64,000 nt of DNA. Origin: an uncultured Gemmatimonadales bacterium (GTDB taxonomy: Bacteria > Gemmatimonadota > Gemmatimonadetes > Gemmatimonadales > GWC2-71-9). The notes under the pieces are model-generated. The model ran no database searches and had not been told where the DNA came from. It worked only from the letters and a program-made list of their open reading frames with translations. The translations under genes and the position numbers were made by a program. Below, piece by piece: positions 10,090 through 20,473 of the stretch; positions within the stretch are counted from its first letter, which is position 1, and each line of letters opens with the position of its first letter. The stretch spans positions 120,282-184,281 of the forward strand of contig CAWCVB010000003.1 in NCBI GenBank assembly GCA_963798915.1, given 5' to 3'.

Positions 10090-11114
10090 GGATCAGACCC
10101 AGTTGACGTTCCAGGAAACCAACCTCTGGGACACCCCGATCAGGGACCTCGGCCTCACCATCGAGGGGACCAGGCTCGAGCCGATCGTCGCCGATTTCCT
10201 GCGCGAACTGGATGCGCGCGGCATCCGGCTCCGCCCTCGATTCTATCTCTCGTCCGAATGGGGCGTACCCTTCGAGACGATCTCGATCGCCATACCCTTC
10301 TACCTCGCCGACCCCGAGCTCATGAAGCTGCATCGCGAGCGGGTCGGTGTCATCGAGGGGCTCGACCGGGAGGACGTGCTCCGGTATCTCCGGCACGAGA
10401 TGGGACACGTCATGAACTACGCCTACCGGCTGTACGACACCGAGGACTGGGTCAAGCTGTTCGGCTCGATCAGCCAGCCGTATGAGGATGATTACACCCC
10501 GCAGCCGTTCAGCCGGCGCCATGTGCGGCACTTGCCGGGCTGGTACGCCCAGAAGCATCCGGACGAAGACTGGTCCGAGACCTTTGCCGTGTGGATGACG
10601 CCAGGGCTCGACTGGCACGCGGACTATGCCGCCTGGCCCGTGGCGCTCGCCAAGCTCAAGTATTGTGACCGTGTCATTGCGCGGGTGCGCGATACCGCGC
10701 CGGTCGTGACCGATGACGCCCTCGATGAGGACGTGGGCGAAATCGGCTACACGCTGGAGGACTTCTACGACGACGCGGAAGACTTGCGCGATGAGCTGCC
10801 GCCCGGCATTGACGGCGCGCTCCGGGCCATCTTTCGCGATTTCACCCGGCGCGAGGCCGATCCGCTGCGGCCCCTCATGCCGGCGGCGACACTGCTGCGC
10901 CGTCTCGAGCGCGACCTGATGGGCAGCATCTTCCGCTGGACCGGCCACTTTCCGGAGCGGACCAGGCCTCCTGGTGCGTCACCTGGCCGAGCGCGCCACC
11001 ACGCTCGGCCTCGGGTACGATGCCGCCCGTGAGGATCAGGCGCGCGTGGCGGTGACGACCTTTGTCACGGCACTTGCCATGAACTTCATCCACCGGGGCG
11101 CCTACTTGCCGTAA
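10088..11114 (+). CDS. Putative zinc-binding metallopeptidase (Peptidase_Mx1-like); frameshift near 10967
   Basis: HEMGH and YAQKHPDEDWSETFAVW; frame continues as LLVRHLAERATTLGL...RGAYLP* after one indel. Confidence 0.8.
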
Positions 11115-12082
11115 CGCTCCATCGCCGCGTCCACGATCTTCCCGATCATCTGGTCATAGCTCAGCCCCGCCGCGCCCGCGGCCATCGCGAACTCGGCGGT
11201 CTCCTCGAGGTAGCAGCTGGCGTTGACCTCCAGCACGTAGATCTCGCCAGTGCCGGTCAGCCGGAGGTCCACCCGGCCGTAATCCCGGACCCGGAGCGCG
11301 CGGTAGGCATCAATGGACACCTTGATCAGCTTGGCGCGCAGTTCATCCGGCAATTCGGCGATCACGCTGCGGGTGCCCTTGTACTCCCGGCTGCGAATGT
11401 TCCACTTGGCGCGGCTGTCGAGGATCTTGGGCTGGTCTTCGGGAAAGCCGGTGAAGTCCACCTCCACCGGCGGCATCGCCACCGGCTTGCTGTTTCCCAG
11501 GATGCCGACGTAGAACTCCCGGCCGTCAATGTATTCCTCGGCCAGCGCGGAGTCGTTGAGGTCGCGGTGAATGGCGGCGACCCGCTTCATGAGGGCGCCC
11601 GTGTCATGCACCAGCGAGTTGGCGGCGATGCCGATCGAGGCGTCGGCCCGGAGCGGCTTGACGAACAGCGGCATCCGGAGGTTGCCGCCGGTTTCGAACC
11701 CCTCCGATTGCGAGAAGACTGCAAAACGGGGATAGAGAATGCCGTCGTAGTCCAGCAGCTTCTTGCTCAGCCCCTTGTCCTGGCTCAGGTAGAGGTCGCC
11801 TGGCCCGCCGCCGGTGTAGCGGACGCCCTGGGTCTCCAGCAGCGCCGCCACCAGCATGTCGCCCATCACGCTGTCGGCAAACATCTCCGCCATGTTGAAG
11901 ACAAGTTCCGGTTTGCGGCGCGAGAGGCCCTTGATGAATTCCGGGACATCGCTGAACAGGGGGAGCACCGAGACGCTGTGTCCCAGCTTGCGCAGCGCAC
12001 GCACCACCTGCGCCACCACGACGTCGAGATCCTCCTGCGTGGGGCGGACCGTCTCGACCGAGGTGAGCACGGTGATCTTCAT
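11102..12082 (-). CDS. D-Ala-D-Ala ligase-like ATP-grasp protein
   Basis: DKGLSKKLL, PLFVKP, EEYIDGREF, YGRVDLR, LEVNA; start overlaps the DUF885 stop. Confidence 0.88.
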   Translation of the reverse strand: MKITVLTSVETVRPTQEDLDVVVAQVVRALRKLGHSVSVLPLFSDVPEFIKGLSRRKPELVFNMAEMFADSVMGDMLVAALLETQGVRYTGGGPGDLYLSQDKGLSKKLLDYDGILYPRFAVFSQSEGFETGGNLRMPLFVKPLRADASIGIAANSLVHDTGALMKRVAAIHRDLNDSALAEEYIDGREFYVGILGNSKPVAMPPVEVDFTGFPEDQPKILDSRAKWNIRSREYKGTRSVIAELPDELRAKLIKVSIDAYRALRVRDYGRVDLRLTGTGEIYVLEVNASCYLEETAEFAMAAGAAGLSYDQMIGKIVDAAMERYGK

Positions 12083-13665
12083 TCGTCGAACCCCATGCCC
12101 CAGCGCGCGAGTGCGATGGGGAGGCCTCCGTAGCCGAAAATCGCGCGATGAAAGTCGGCCAGCGGCGCCGACTGGCCCACCCGCGCCCGCCACGCCTCGC
12201 GCAGCCCCAGGAGTTCGCGCCGGCCCACAGCATAGGAGAGCTGATAGGTCGGCATGGCGCAGTAGCGGCGTACCTCGGCCTCCGCATTGCGCCGCTCCAT
12301 CGGCAGCGCATCGGTCAGGCGGTTTACCGCATCGGTCGGCGTCATGTCTCGCGTGTGCAGCCCCACATCGAGGACGATCCGCACGGCCCGCCACAGCAGA
12401 TCGGTGAGATGGAACAGTTCGGATTCCGGGTCGCTGTGGTAGCCAGCCTCGAACATCAGCGTCTCGGCGTACAGCGCCCACCCTTCCACATTCACGGGCG
12501 TGCGCACGTGCCGGCGTACTTCCGATTTCAGCGACTGGGCGGCCGTGACCTGGACATGGTGCCCGGGAAAGGCCTCGTGCACCACGATGGAGGGAATCTC
12601 GTGAATGCACTGCATCCCGTCTGCGGGGCTCTCCGGCTGGGTCACGAAGAACAGGCCTGGTCCGCCGAGCTCGACCGGCGGCGGCTGATAGGCAGCGAAT
12701 GGCACCACCGATTCAAGGAAGGCCGGTGTGGGGACGAGATCGAGCGGGACCGGCGTCTCCGGAACGAGTGCCTGCTCCAGCATGAAGTGCCGAGCCCGGT
12801 CCACCTCCTGCCGGTAGGTTGCCAGGACATCGGTGACGGTGCTCTCCGCCCGCAACCGGGCGACCGCCGCTCGCCAATCCTCGGTGCCGTCCAGTTTCCG
12901 GGCCACCGCCTTCAGCCGCGCTTCCGTCTCCTCAATAAGGTGCATGCCGTAGCGCCAGAGCTCGGGTGCACCGCCGCGAATGGCGTGCTGGTGGTGAAGG
13001 CGCCGTTCAAACTGGTCCTCGCCCACCGCGTACGCACGCGGGTCATCAGAAGGTAGAATCCCGCTCCCCATGGCACGCCCAAACGCGGTCAGCGCCTCCA
13101 GCGCCTCGCGTCCAGCTTCCTCGAGCTGGCCGGCAAGCGCCGGCGTTGCGGCGGCCAGCGCCGCGACGGCGCGGGCGATCAGCTCGCCACCGCCGCCGAG
13201 CGAGGCCAGCGCAGCGTCTACGAAGATGAGGGGCGGCTGGTCCAGGGTCGCGTGGGCCTGGGCGAGAAACGCGGGAGCAGCCTTGAGGCGCTCGAGCGCC
13301 GCAGGGGCGCGCGTCGCAAGCGGCCCCTGTCGGACCAGCAGCGTGAAGAGGCCTTCGAAGAGATGAGTCAGCCAGAATCCGGGATTCCGAATATGAGGCC
13401 GCTCGTGTTCGAACCGGAACACGAGCGTGCGGAGGTCGCTGAGCAGCGCCGTGCGATCGATCTCATCATCGAGTCCGGGCGGTTCCAGTTCCTCGATGGC
13501 GCCTTCCAGGGAGCGGAAGGCAGCGAGATGGGCCCGCATCGATTCGGGATCAAAGCTTCCGAGCCGGCTGTCGAACGAAGCGACGCCATCGCCGCTGGCA
13601 TCAGCGGGATCAAAATGCCATTTCAGGTCCAGGTAGGACCGGCACAGTTCGTTGACTGTGCTCAT
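12079..13665 (-). CDS. DUF885 family protein
   Basis: HEAFPGHHVQ, EGWALYAE, RAVRIVLDVGLH, EVRRY, LSYAVG. Confidence 0.92.
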   Translation of the reverse strand: MSTVNELCRSYLDLKWHFDPADASGDGVASFDSRLGSFDPESMRAHLAAFRSLEGAIEELEPPGLDDEIDRTALLSDLRTLVFRFEHERPHIRNPGFWLTHLFEGLFTLLVRQGPLATRAPAALERLKAAPAFLAQAHATLDQPPLIFVDAALASLGGGGELIARAVAALAAATPALAGQLEEAGREALEALTAFGRAMGSGILPSDDPRAYAVGEDQFERRLHHQHAIRGGAPELWRYGMHLIEETEARLKAVARKLDGTEDWRAAVARLRAESTVTDVLATYRQEVDRARHFMLEQALVPETPVPLDLVPTPAFLESVVPFAAYQPPPVELGGPGLFFVTQPESPADGMQCIHEIPSIVVHEAFPGHHVQVTAAQSLKSEVRRHVRTPVNVEGWALYAETLMFEAGYHSDPESELFHLTDLLWRAVRIVLDVGLHTRDMTPTDAVNRLTDALPMERRNAEAEVRRYCAMPTYQLSYAVGRRELLGLREAWRARVGQSAPLADFHRAIFGYGGLPIALARWGMGFDE

Positions 13666-13667
13666 GT

Positions 13668-14645
13668 CTAGCGGGCCCGGACTTCCGAGTGATCGCCGAC
13701 CGAGAGTGAACCGGTGAGACCCTCCACCGTGACGTGGCCGCCGAGCAGGGAATGATCGAGGCGGACACCAGAGAGCGCACAGCCCTCGCCCGTGATGACG
13801 TGGCTCAGATGGCTGCCGGTGACGCGGGAACCCGCCTCGATGGTCACGTTGGGCCCGATGGTGCTCGCCTCGATCTGCACGTCATCCTCGATGAGCACGG
13901 GATCGTGAATGGTGACACCCGGATAGTCGCGATGCCGGGCCCGACCTTTTCGCAGCAGAATTTCGTTGGTTTCGAGCAGCGTGTCGAGCTTGCCGCAATC
14001 GTACCACCCGCCAACTTCGGCCGTCAGGATGCGGCGTCCCTGCTCAATCATGTACTGGAAGGCGTCCGTCAGGTAGTACTCGCCCTTGTTGGCCGGCGAC
14101 TCGAGCACGTGGTCCACGCCGGCCCAGAGCGCCGCCACATCACGGATGTAGTAGAGGCCGATGTTGGCCAGGCGCGAAATCGGCTCGGAGGGCTTTTCCA
14201 CGATTCGGGTCATGAAGCCCTTGTCGTCCGTCACCACGACGCCGAAGCGCTGGTAGTCCTCGACTTCCTTGGCCCAGATGATCCCGTCGGCATCCGCCCG
14301 GTTGATGATGGTGAGATCCGCCTCAAAGACGGTATCCACGAAGACAATGAGAATCGGGCCGTGGACATGGGGCCTCGCCAGGTTGACGGCACCGGCCGTG
14401 CCGTCCTGCACCGTCTGCTCGATGAACCGCGAGGGCCAGCGATAGCGGCTCCGGGCATACTGCTCGACCTGCTCCTTCAGATGCCCCGTGATGAAGATCA
14501 GCTCCTCGACGTCGAGCCCGTCGAGCCGGTCCATCACCCAGTCCATGACTGGCCGTCCCGCGACCCGCAGCATCGGCTTGGGCACGAGATGGGTGTGCGG
14601 CCGGAGCCGGGTGCCCTTGCCCGCCAGGGGAATGACGACCTGCAT
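13668..14645 (-). CDS. Sugar-phosphate nucleotidyltransferase with C-terminal beta-helix
   Basis: LAGKGTRLRPHT..PKP, VEKP, WYDCGK; hexapeptide repeats. Confidence 0.92.
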   Translation of the reverse strand: MQVVIPLAGKGTRLRPHTHLVPKPMLRVAGRPVMDWVMDRLDGLDVEELIFITGHLKEQVEQYARSRYRWPSRFIEQTVQDGTAGAVNLARPHVHGPILIVFVDTVFEADLTIINRADADGIIWAKEVEDYQRFGVVVTDDKGFMTRIVEKPSEPISRLANIGLYYIRDVAALWAGVDHVLESPANKGEYYLTDAFQYMIEQGRRILTAEVGGWYDCGKLDTLLETNEILLRKGRARHRDYPGVTIHDPVLIEDDVQIEASTIGPNVTIEAGSRVTGSHLSHVITGEGCALSGVRLDHSLLGGHVTVEGLTGSLSVGDHSEVRAR

Positions 14646-14650
14646 CTCGT

Positions 14651-15001
14651 TCAGCTCCTTCCGTAGCGGTCTTCCAGACGGACCAGGTCATCCAGCTCGG
14701 GGGTGGACGCCTCAAGGACGTCGCTGTCCACAACCGCCTCGATCTGGTGGACCAGCGTCGGCGGAATATGCACGCTTTCACCGGCGCGAAACGGGCGGGC
14801 GACGAGGGCATCACCCTCCATGGTGCGGAGGATGAGTTCGCCGGAGAGCACGTGCATCGTTTCATCTTTCCTGTTGTGGTACTGCAGCGACAGGACGTGA
14901 CCCGCCTTCACGTGCAAGAGCTTCCCCACATAGCTCCCAGCCAGGGCCCAGATCAATTCGTAGCCCCAGGGCTTCTCCACCCGGTACGGCACCTCAGGCA
15001 T
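14651..15001 (-). CDS. Cupin protein, mannose-6-phosphate isomerase C-terminal type
   Basis: KPWG, LSLQYH..KDET, EASTPELDDLVRLEDRYGR. Confidence 0.9.
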   Translation of the reverse strand: MPEVPYRVEKPWGYELIWALAGSYVGKLLHVKAGHVLSLQYHNRKDETMHVLSGELILRTMEGDALVARPFRAGESVHIPPTLVHQIEAVVDSDVLEASTPELDDLVRLEDRYGRS

Positions 15002-15567
15002 CAGCCCTCCGCCAGCGTGAGTTCAAAGGACGACGGCGTGCTGACGCACGCCCGCACGCAAACGCCGCACCCGACGCATCCCTCCTGGTGCAGGCTGGGA
15101 TGCCCCTGCGCATCGATCACCAGTGCGGCCTCGCCCACGGGGCAGGCATCGGCGCACACCCGGCATTCCGTGCCCTGGAAGGTGATGCATCGGTCGGGCC
15201 GGAACGAGAGTTCCGCCAGCCGGTATCCCTGCCACCCATGCTCCGGCAGCGTGAGTGCGCCGGTAGGACACGCGGCGGCGCAGGGCATGTCGGTGCAGAC
15301 CACGCACGGCTGCACCATCGCATCAATGTAAGGGGTCCCGGTCGCCAACCCTCCGCCGGCCTTCACCGAACGAATGGCATGTGGCGGGCAGACGTCGGTG
15401 CAGGCGCCGCAGCGGGTGCAGGCCGCGAGGAAGCCGATCTCCGGCAAGGCGCCTGGCGGACGCAGATAGTGGGCGGCAACCACCCGTTCCTGGGTCTGCT
15501 CGATGATACTGCCCAGCCACTTCTCGATGGCCGACCGGAAGAGTCCCCGGCGTTCGGAGTTGATCAT
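15001..15567 (-). CDS. 4Fe-4S polyferredoxin (MauM/NapG/NapF-like)
   Basis: LRPPGA followed by four Cys clusters (CTRCGAC..CP etc.). Confidence 0.88.
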   Translation of the reverse strand: MINSERRGLFRSAIEKWLGSIIEQTQERVVAAHYLRPPGALPEIGFLAACTRCGACTDVCPPHAIRSVKAGGGLATGTPYIDAMVQPCVVCTDMPCAAACPTGALTLPEHGWQGYRLAELSFRPDRCITFQGTECRVCADACPVGEAALVIDAQGHPSLHQEGCVGCGVCVRACVSTPSSFELTLAEG

Positions 15568-15575
15568 GGGATCAT

Positions 15576-15670
15576 GGGTCGCGGGTCACAGGTCGCGAGT
15601 CACGGGTCATTGCGAGGCCAGCCGATCGCTTCGTCGAGCCGCCGAGCCGCCGAGCCGCCGAGCCGCCGAG
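15576..15670. repeat. Heptamer array (GGGTCRC), REP remnant and octamer array (GCCGAGCC) x4
   Basis: Visible directly between the ferredoxin and M1 peptidase genes. Confidence 0.85.
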
Positions 15671-18664
15671 TCAAAATGCCGGCTCAAAACTGAAGGTCCA
15701 GCGGAACGCCACCGGCTTGAGCGTATCGCGGTCCTCGGCAAGGTCCTCCCGATCCACCCACAAGGGGAAGTCCATCCGGGTTTGAAAGTCGGTCTGACCG
15801 ATCCGGTGGTTTGCCCTCAGGCCCACACCCGCATCACCGGTGAGCCGGGCGTTGCCGGTGGCAGGGTTGGCGAGGTCACCGTTGGCCAGGGCGCCATCAC
15901 CGAACAGCGCGAGCGAAACGTTCCGGAAGAGGCCGCCGCCACGGCGTCCGTAGAGGCGCGCGGCGAGTTCCAGGTTGAGCGCGACCAAGTCCGGCGCCGC
16001 GAGCGTGTGGTCCAGCCCGCGCACGTTGCCATCGCCCGGCACCTGATAGTGGATGTCTTCCTGACGGAAGAGCGAGCCGCGCGACCGGGTGAACGGGTTC
16101 CAGAGTTGCGCGTACGGCCCGGCACCGGCGAGGAACATCTGGCGCTGGCGAATTTCCGGGCCCTTCGTGGCAAAGGTGCCGGCAAAGAGTCGAGAGTCGA
16201 GCGTCAAGCGTCCAGCAAATTCACGACGGGCGGTGGCTTCGATGGAACCGCGGAAGTAGGCGCCCAGCTGGCTACCGGTTCCGCCAGGCGCACCGAGGGC
16301 CGGATGCTGGTAGGCGCCGCCACCGGCGACACTGGTATGGAGTCCCAGCATCCACGCGCCCGTGCGCGTGGTGACGCCGGCATGCACTTCCAGTTCCGCC
16401 GAACCGCCGTCACTCCACGATCCGGGCTCGAGGTAGGCAGGATCAGTGACGCCCACCCATTGCGCCTGCAGGCCGACAGTTGGACTGGTATGGCTCTGCA
16501 GCGAGCGATTCAGGTTCCAGTCGGCGCCGATCTTCGCAGCGCCTCGTCCTTCGACGTGCATCCCTTCGGCCTCGAGTGAGAGGCCGGGAGCGCGGAGCCA
16601 GGTCGGATTGCGGAACCGCATTGCGATGTCGGGGTCGGTCTGGTCCAGGTTGTCTTCGTTGGCCCAGCCGGTGCCCATTGAAAATTGCGTCTCATTCTGC
16701 AGGAAGCGGCCGAGATAATCGCTGCGTTCACGCAGGCCGATCGTAATGCCACCAGTCGAGTTGTACCAGATGGTGGGAGCAAAGCTCATGGCCAGCTTGT
16801 CACGATAGACCGGTTGCGAGAAGAACTTATCTACCCCCAGTTTCGCCGGGCCCGGGCCCGCAATCAGACTCTTCAGCGTAACGCCGTAGTGCCGTTCGTT
16901 GTTGAGCATGTTCCAGTCGTGGGTGCGTACTCGGGGATCCAGGCGGACGCGGTTCGGCTTGCCCGGCGTCGCAAGCTCCACCCACTCCTTCTCGGCGAGA
17001 CCATCCACGCGCGTCGTCACGGTGTCGTGGCCGGCCATGACGGCGACCTCCACCGGCAATCGTCCTTCCTCATGCCGCACCACCTCGACCCGCGTGCGCC
17101 ACGTACCATCCGCCTGCCGCCTGCGGCGTACCCGCCCGATGCCATAATCGTAGAGCGGCGTGCCATGCAGCCACTGGCCAAAGAAGGTCGAGAGATCCAT
17201 CCCTGACACTTCTTCCGCCACGTCGCGGAACGCTGCCTCGTCCACGTGGTGCAGCTGCCAGCGCTGGTAGAAGGTCCGTAGTATCCGGCGCATGGTGTCG
17301 TCGCCCACGATATAGCGCAGAAACTCATAGAACATCTGGCCACGGGTGTAGATGGCAATGTTGTAGCTGGTGAAATCGCGATACTCCTCGCTCACAAGAC
17401 TGGTGGGCTCGCTCATCCCATCGAGGTCCAGATTCAGAATGAACTGCTCGGTGCCAGGCCACTGATCGCGCCCCGTGGTTGCCTCCGCGAACCAGGCCGA
17501 CTGGAAGCTGGTGAACCCCTCGTCGAGAAATCCTTCGCGCCACTCGTTGTTGGCGAGGATGCCCATGGTGTAGTTGTGCCCCAGCTCGTGGACGATGAGT
17601 CCCTGCCCCGCGGAGCCGTTGTGGATCATCATGGGGAATTCGGTGCCGCCGCCTTCAATCCGGTGCACGTTGGTGATCTGGGGCCAGGCAAACTTTCCAT
17701 ACAGCGAATCGAGCCAGCCGAGCGCGATCTCAGTGCGCTTGACCGCCGTGGCACTGCCCCAGCTCTTCTCGTCACCCGGCTGATAGAGCACATGCACCGC
17801 GACGTCCTTGTACCGCCCACCTTCGTAGCGATAGTCCGGCGACATGGACATGGCAAAGTGGTGGACGTCATCCGCGAACCAGACGAGGTGCTTGCGGCCG
17901 TCCGACACGGGCCGGCAGGCGTCACTGAGCGATGCCGTGGCCGCCCCGTAGAAGTCTCGCTGGTACTCGACCGGCGCGTCCTTCAGCTGGTTGGCGCGCT
18001 CCCAGCCTGGGTCGCCGCAGACCGGCACGCCAGTGGCGCCCACGACCTGGTCCTCGGGTACATCGAGTCGCACCGTGAACGACCCGAATTCGCCGTAGAA
18101 TTCGCCGGCGGGATAGAGCGGATGCTCTTCCCAGCCAAACCGATCGTAGACCACCACCTTGGGATACCACTGCGCAAAGTCGAAGTGCCGGCCGCGCCGG
18201 CCCTGCCGCCTCGGCACGGTCGAGGGACGGGCATCCCACTCCATCTCGATATCCATCGACGCCCCCGGTGCCAGCGGCCGAGGCAGTTGGAAGCGGACAA
18301 TGGTGCTGTCGGGTGCGAACGGATAGGTCGCCACCACTGGCTGGCCCATGATGCGGACGTTCCGCACATGGTTGAAGGCGTAGTCGGGGTCCTGGAGATC
18401 GTTGAAGCGGCGACGCCCTTCCGCGGAGTCCGCATCGGACCAGCGGGAACCCGGGCGGAAGGCATTCAGATAGAGATGAAGCGCAAACGACGCGAGACTG
18501 TCGGGCGAATGATTGGTGTAGGTGATCCGCTCAGTACCCCCCAACACTCCCGCTGACTCGTCAAGCCGGGCCGAGATGTCGTACGCTACATGCTGCTGCC
18601 AGTAGGGAGTCCTCGGGCCGGCATGCTGCTGGACGAGCGAGATGGCGAGAAGGAATGGAAGCAT
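15671..18664 (-). CDS. M1 family aminopeptidase with C-terminal beta-barrel-like domain
   Basis: HELGH...DEGF zinc motif, GGTEF (GAMEN variant), QWYPK; C-terminal alternating strands ending in Phe. Confidence 0.88.
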   Translation of the reverse strand: MLPFLLAISLVQQHAGPRTPYWQQHVAYDISARLDESAGVLGGTERITYTNHSPDSLASFALHLYLNAFRPGSRWSDADSAEGRRRFNDLQDPDYAFNHVRNVRIMGQPVVATYPFAPDSTIVRFQLPRPLAPGASMDIEMEWDARPSTVPRRQGRRGRHFDFAQWYPKVVVYDRFGWEEHPLYPAGEFYGEFGSFTVRLDVPEDQVVGATGVPVCGDPGWERANQLKDAPVEYQRDFYGAATASLSDACRPVSDGRKHLVWFADDVHHFAMSMSPDYRYEGGRYKDVAVHVLYQPGDEKSWGSATAVKRTEIALGWLDSLYGKFAWPQITNVHRIEGGGTEFPMMIHNGSAGQGLIVHELGHNYTMGILANNEWREGFLDEGFTSFQSAWFAEATTGRDQWPGTEQFILNLDLDGMSEPTSLVSEEYRDFTSYNIAIYTRGQMFYEFLRYIVGDDTMRRILRTFYQRWQLHHVDEAAFRDVAEEVSGMDLSTFFGQWLHGTPLYDYGIGRVRRRRQADGTWRTRVEVVRHEEGRLPVEVAVMAGHDTVTTRVDGLAEKEWVELATPGKPNRVRLDPRVRTHDWNMLNNERHYGVTLKSLIAGPGPAKLGVDKFFSQPVYRDKLAMSFAPTIWYNSTGGITIGLRERSDYLGRFLQNETQFSMGTGWANEDNLDQTDPDIAMRFRNPTWLRAPGLSLEAEGMHVEGRGAAKIGADWNLNRSLQSHTSPTVGLQAQWVGVTDPAYLEPGSWSDGGSAELEVHAGVTTRTGAWMLGLHTSVAGGGAYQHPALGAPGGTGSQLGAYFRGSIEATARREFAGRLTLDSRLFAGTFATKGPEIRQRQMFLAGAGPYAQLWNPFTRSRGSLFRQEDIHYQVPGDGNVRGLDHTLAAPDLVALNLELAARLYGRRGGGLFRNVSLALFGDGALANGDLANPATGNARLTGDAGVGLRANHRIGQTDFQTRMDFPLWVDREDLAEDRDTLKPVAFRWTFSFEPAF

Positions 18665-18789
18665 GGGTCGAGGGTCGAGGGTCGAGGGTCGAGGGTCGAG
18701 GGTCGAGGGTCGAGGCCAAAGATAACCCCAAGAACAAAGGGCTCCGGTCCTGTACCGAAGCCCTTGACTCTCGACTCTTGACCCTCGAC
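18665..18789. repeat. (GGGTCGA) x7 and an inverted degenerate array enclosing a terminator
   Basis: 18665-18713 perfect units; 18764-18789 ttgactc tcgactc ttgaccc tcgac. Confidence 0.9.
18730..18765 (-). terminator. Rho-independent terminator after atpH
   Basis: AAGGGCTTCGGT-acagg-ACCGGAGCCCTT followed by TGTTCTT on the minus strand. Confidence 0.7.
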
Positions 18790-18796
18790 GGCACAG

Positions 18797-19330
18797 CTAT
18801 CTCACCAATTGCCGCCGAAGTCTCACCATTCGCCGGCGCACCGAGCCATCGTACACCCGCTCGCCCACCCGCACGATGGTGCCACCCAGGATGTCGGGAT
18901 CCACCGTGAAGACAGGCACGACTTCCTTGCCCAGCGCCCGCGCCAGCGCAGCGCGAATCGCCTCCCGGGCTCCCCCGTCCGGATCCCTGGCTACCACGAC
19001 GCTGGCCCGCACCCGGTTGAGCTTGACGTCCAGCATGGCCAGATAGGCATCCGCCATCTCGCCAAAGAGCGCTTGCCGTCCGCGGCGCACCACCACCTGC
19101 AGGAAACGGACGAATTCCTTCGGGGCATCCGGCAGCGCGCGGCCCAGCAGGTCGGCCTTGGCAGCCTTGGTAACGCGGGGCGATACCAGCACCGCCTCGA
19201 CCTCAGGCGACGACATGATGGCGTCCGCTACTGCCCGGATCAGTCCTGCGTACTCCTCGGTGCGCCCACTCTGCTCGCCCAGCGTGAAGAGCACCTCGGC
19301 GTAATTCCGCGCCACCGCTGGCGCCCTCAA
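18797..19330 (-). CDS. atpH: ATP synthase subunit delta
   Basis: VARNYAEVLF, VDPDILGG, YDGSV. Confidence 0.95.
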   Translation of the reverse strand: MRAPAVARNYAEVLFTLGEQSGRTEEYAGLIRAVADAIMSSPEVEAVLVSPRVTKAAKADLLGRALPDAPKEFVRFLQVVVRRGRQALFGEMADAYLAMLDVKLNRVRASVVVARDPDGGAREAIRAALARALGKEVVPVFTVDPDILGGTIVRVGERVYDGSVRRRMVRLRRQLVR

Positions 19331-19869
19331 TTCTGCGACTCCAGCGTGGAGAGGTAGTCGGTCACCAACTTCCGGTCGGCATCACTGTCCAGTCGCTGGC
19401 GAATCAAGCGTCCCGCGGCCGCCAGCGAAAGATCGACGGCTTCGCGCCTGAGGTCGGCGACAGCGCGCTGGCGCTCGTCGTCGAGCTCCCGCCGGGCCCG
19501 CGCCAACAGCTCTTCCTGCTCGTGCCGTGCCTTCTCCAGCACCAGGGCGCGCTCCTTCTCGGCGGCCACCTGGGCCTCGCTCATCAGCTGGTGCGCCTGG
19601 CTCCGGGCATCTGCCAGGAGCTTCTTCTGCTCCTCCAGCACCCGCGCCGATTCTGCCCGGTTCTGGGCAGCGTCGGCGATCTGCTTCTCCAGTGCCTTTT
19701 CGCGGGCTTCCACCGCGCCCAGGATCTGGGGCCAGGCAAACTTCCACAGCACGCCCACCAGCAGGGCGAAGATGACGATGGTCCAGAACATCAGCCCGCC
19801 CTCGACCGTCAAGGGACCGGCCGCGGGCGCTTCCTGGGCTGGGAGGGCAGCTAGCAAGAACGTCGTCAT
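19327..19869 (-). CDS. atpF: ATP synthase F0 subunit b
   Basis: GLMFWTIVIF..LWKFAWP TM helix followed by coiled coil. Confidence 0.95.
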   Translation of the reverse strand: MTTFLLAALPAQEAPAAGPLTVEGGLMFWTIVIFALLVGVLWKFAWPQILGAVEAREKALEKQIADAAQNRAESARVLEEQKKLLADARSQAHQLMSEAQVAAEKERALVLEKARHEQEELLARARRELDDERQRAVADLRREAVDLSLAAAGRLIRQRLDSDADRKLVTDYLSTLESQN

Positions 19870-19954
19870 GCAAATCTCCTGTAGAAGGCTAGACGGCTAG
19901 ACGGCCAGACGGCTGGAACACACTCGCCGTCTCGCCGTCTCGCCAACTCGCCAA

Positions 19955-20272
<318 letters not shown>

Positions 20273-20473
20273 TCAGGTTGTGTGCACCCGCCGCCTGACG
20301 GGCCGACTCTCCGGATCGGCTGTCCCGCGGTGACCCGCCAGCGCCCTCACCGGGCAGCGGGCTTCCGCCACCGGTCGGTGGCGTACAATGCCGGGGCGGC
20401 GCGGATGCTCGGCGCCCCGAAGAGTCGTCGGTCGTCGGTCATCAGTCGACCGTTGACCGTCGACTGTCGACCC

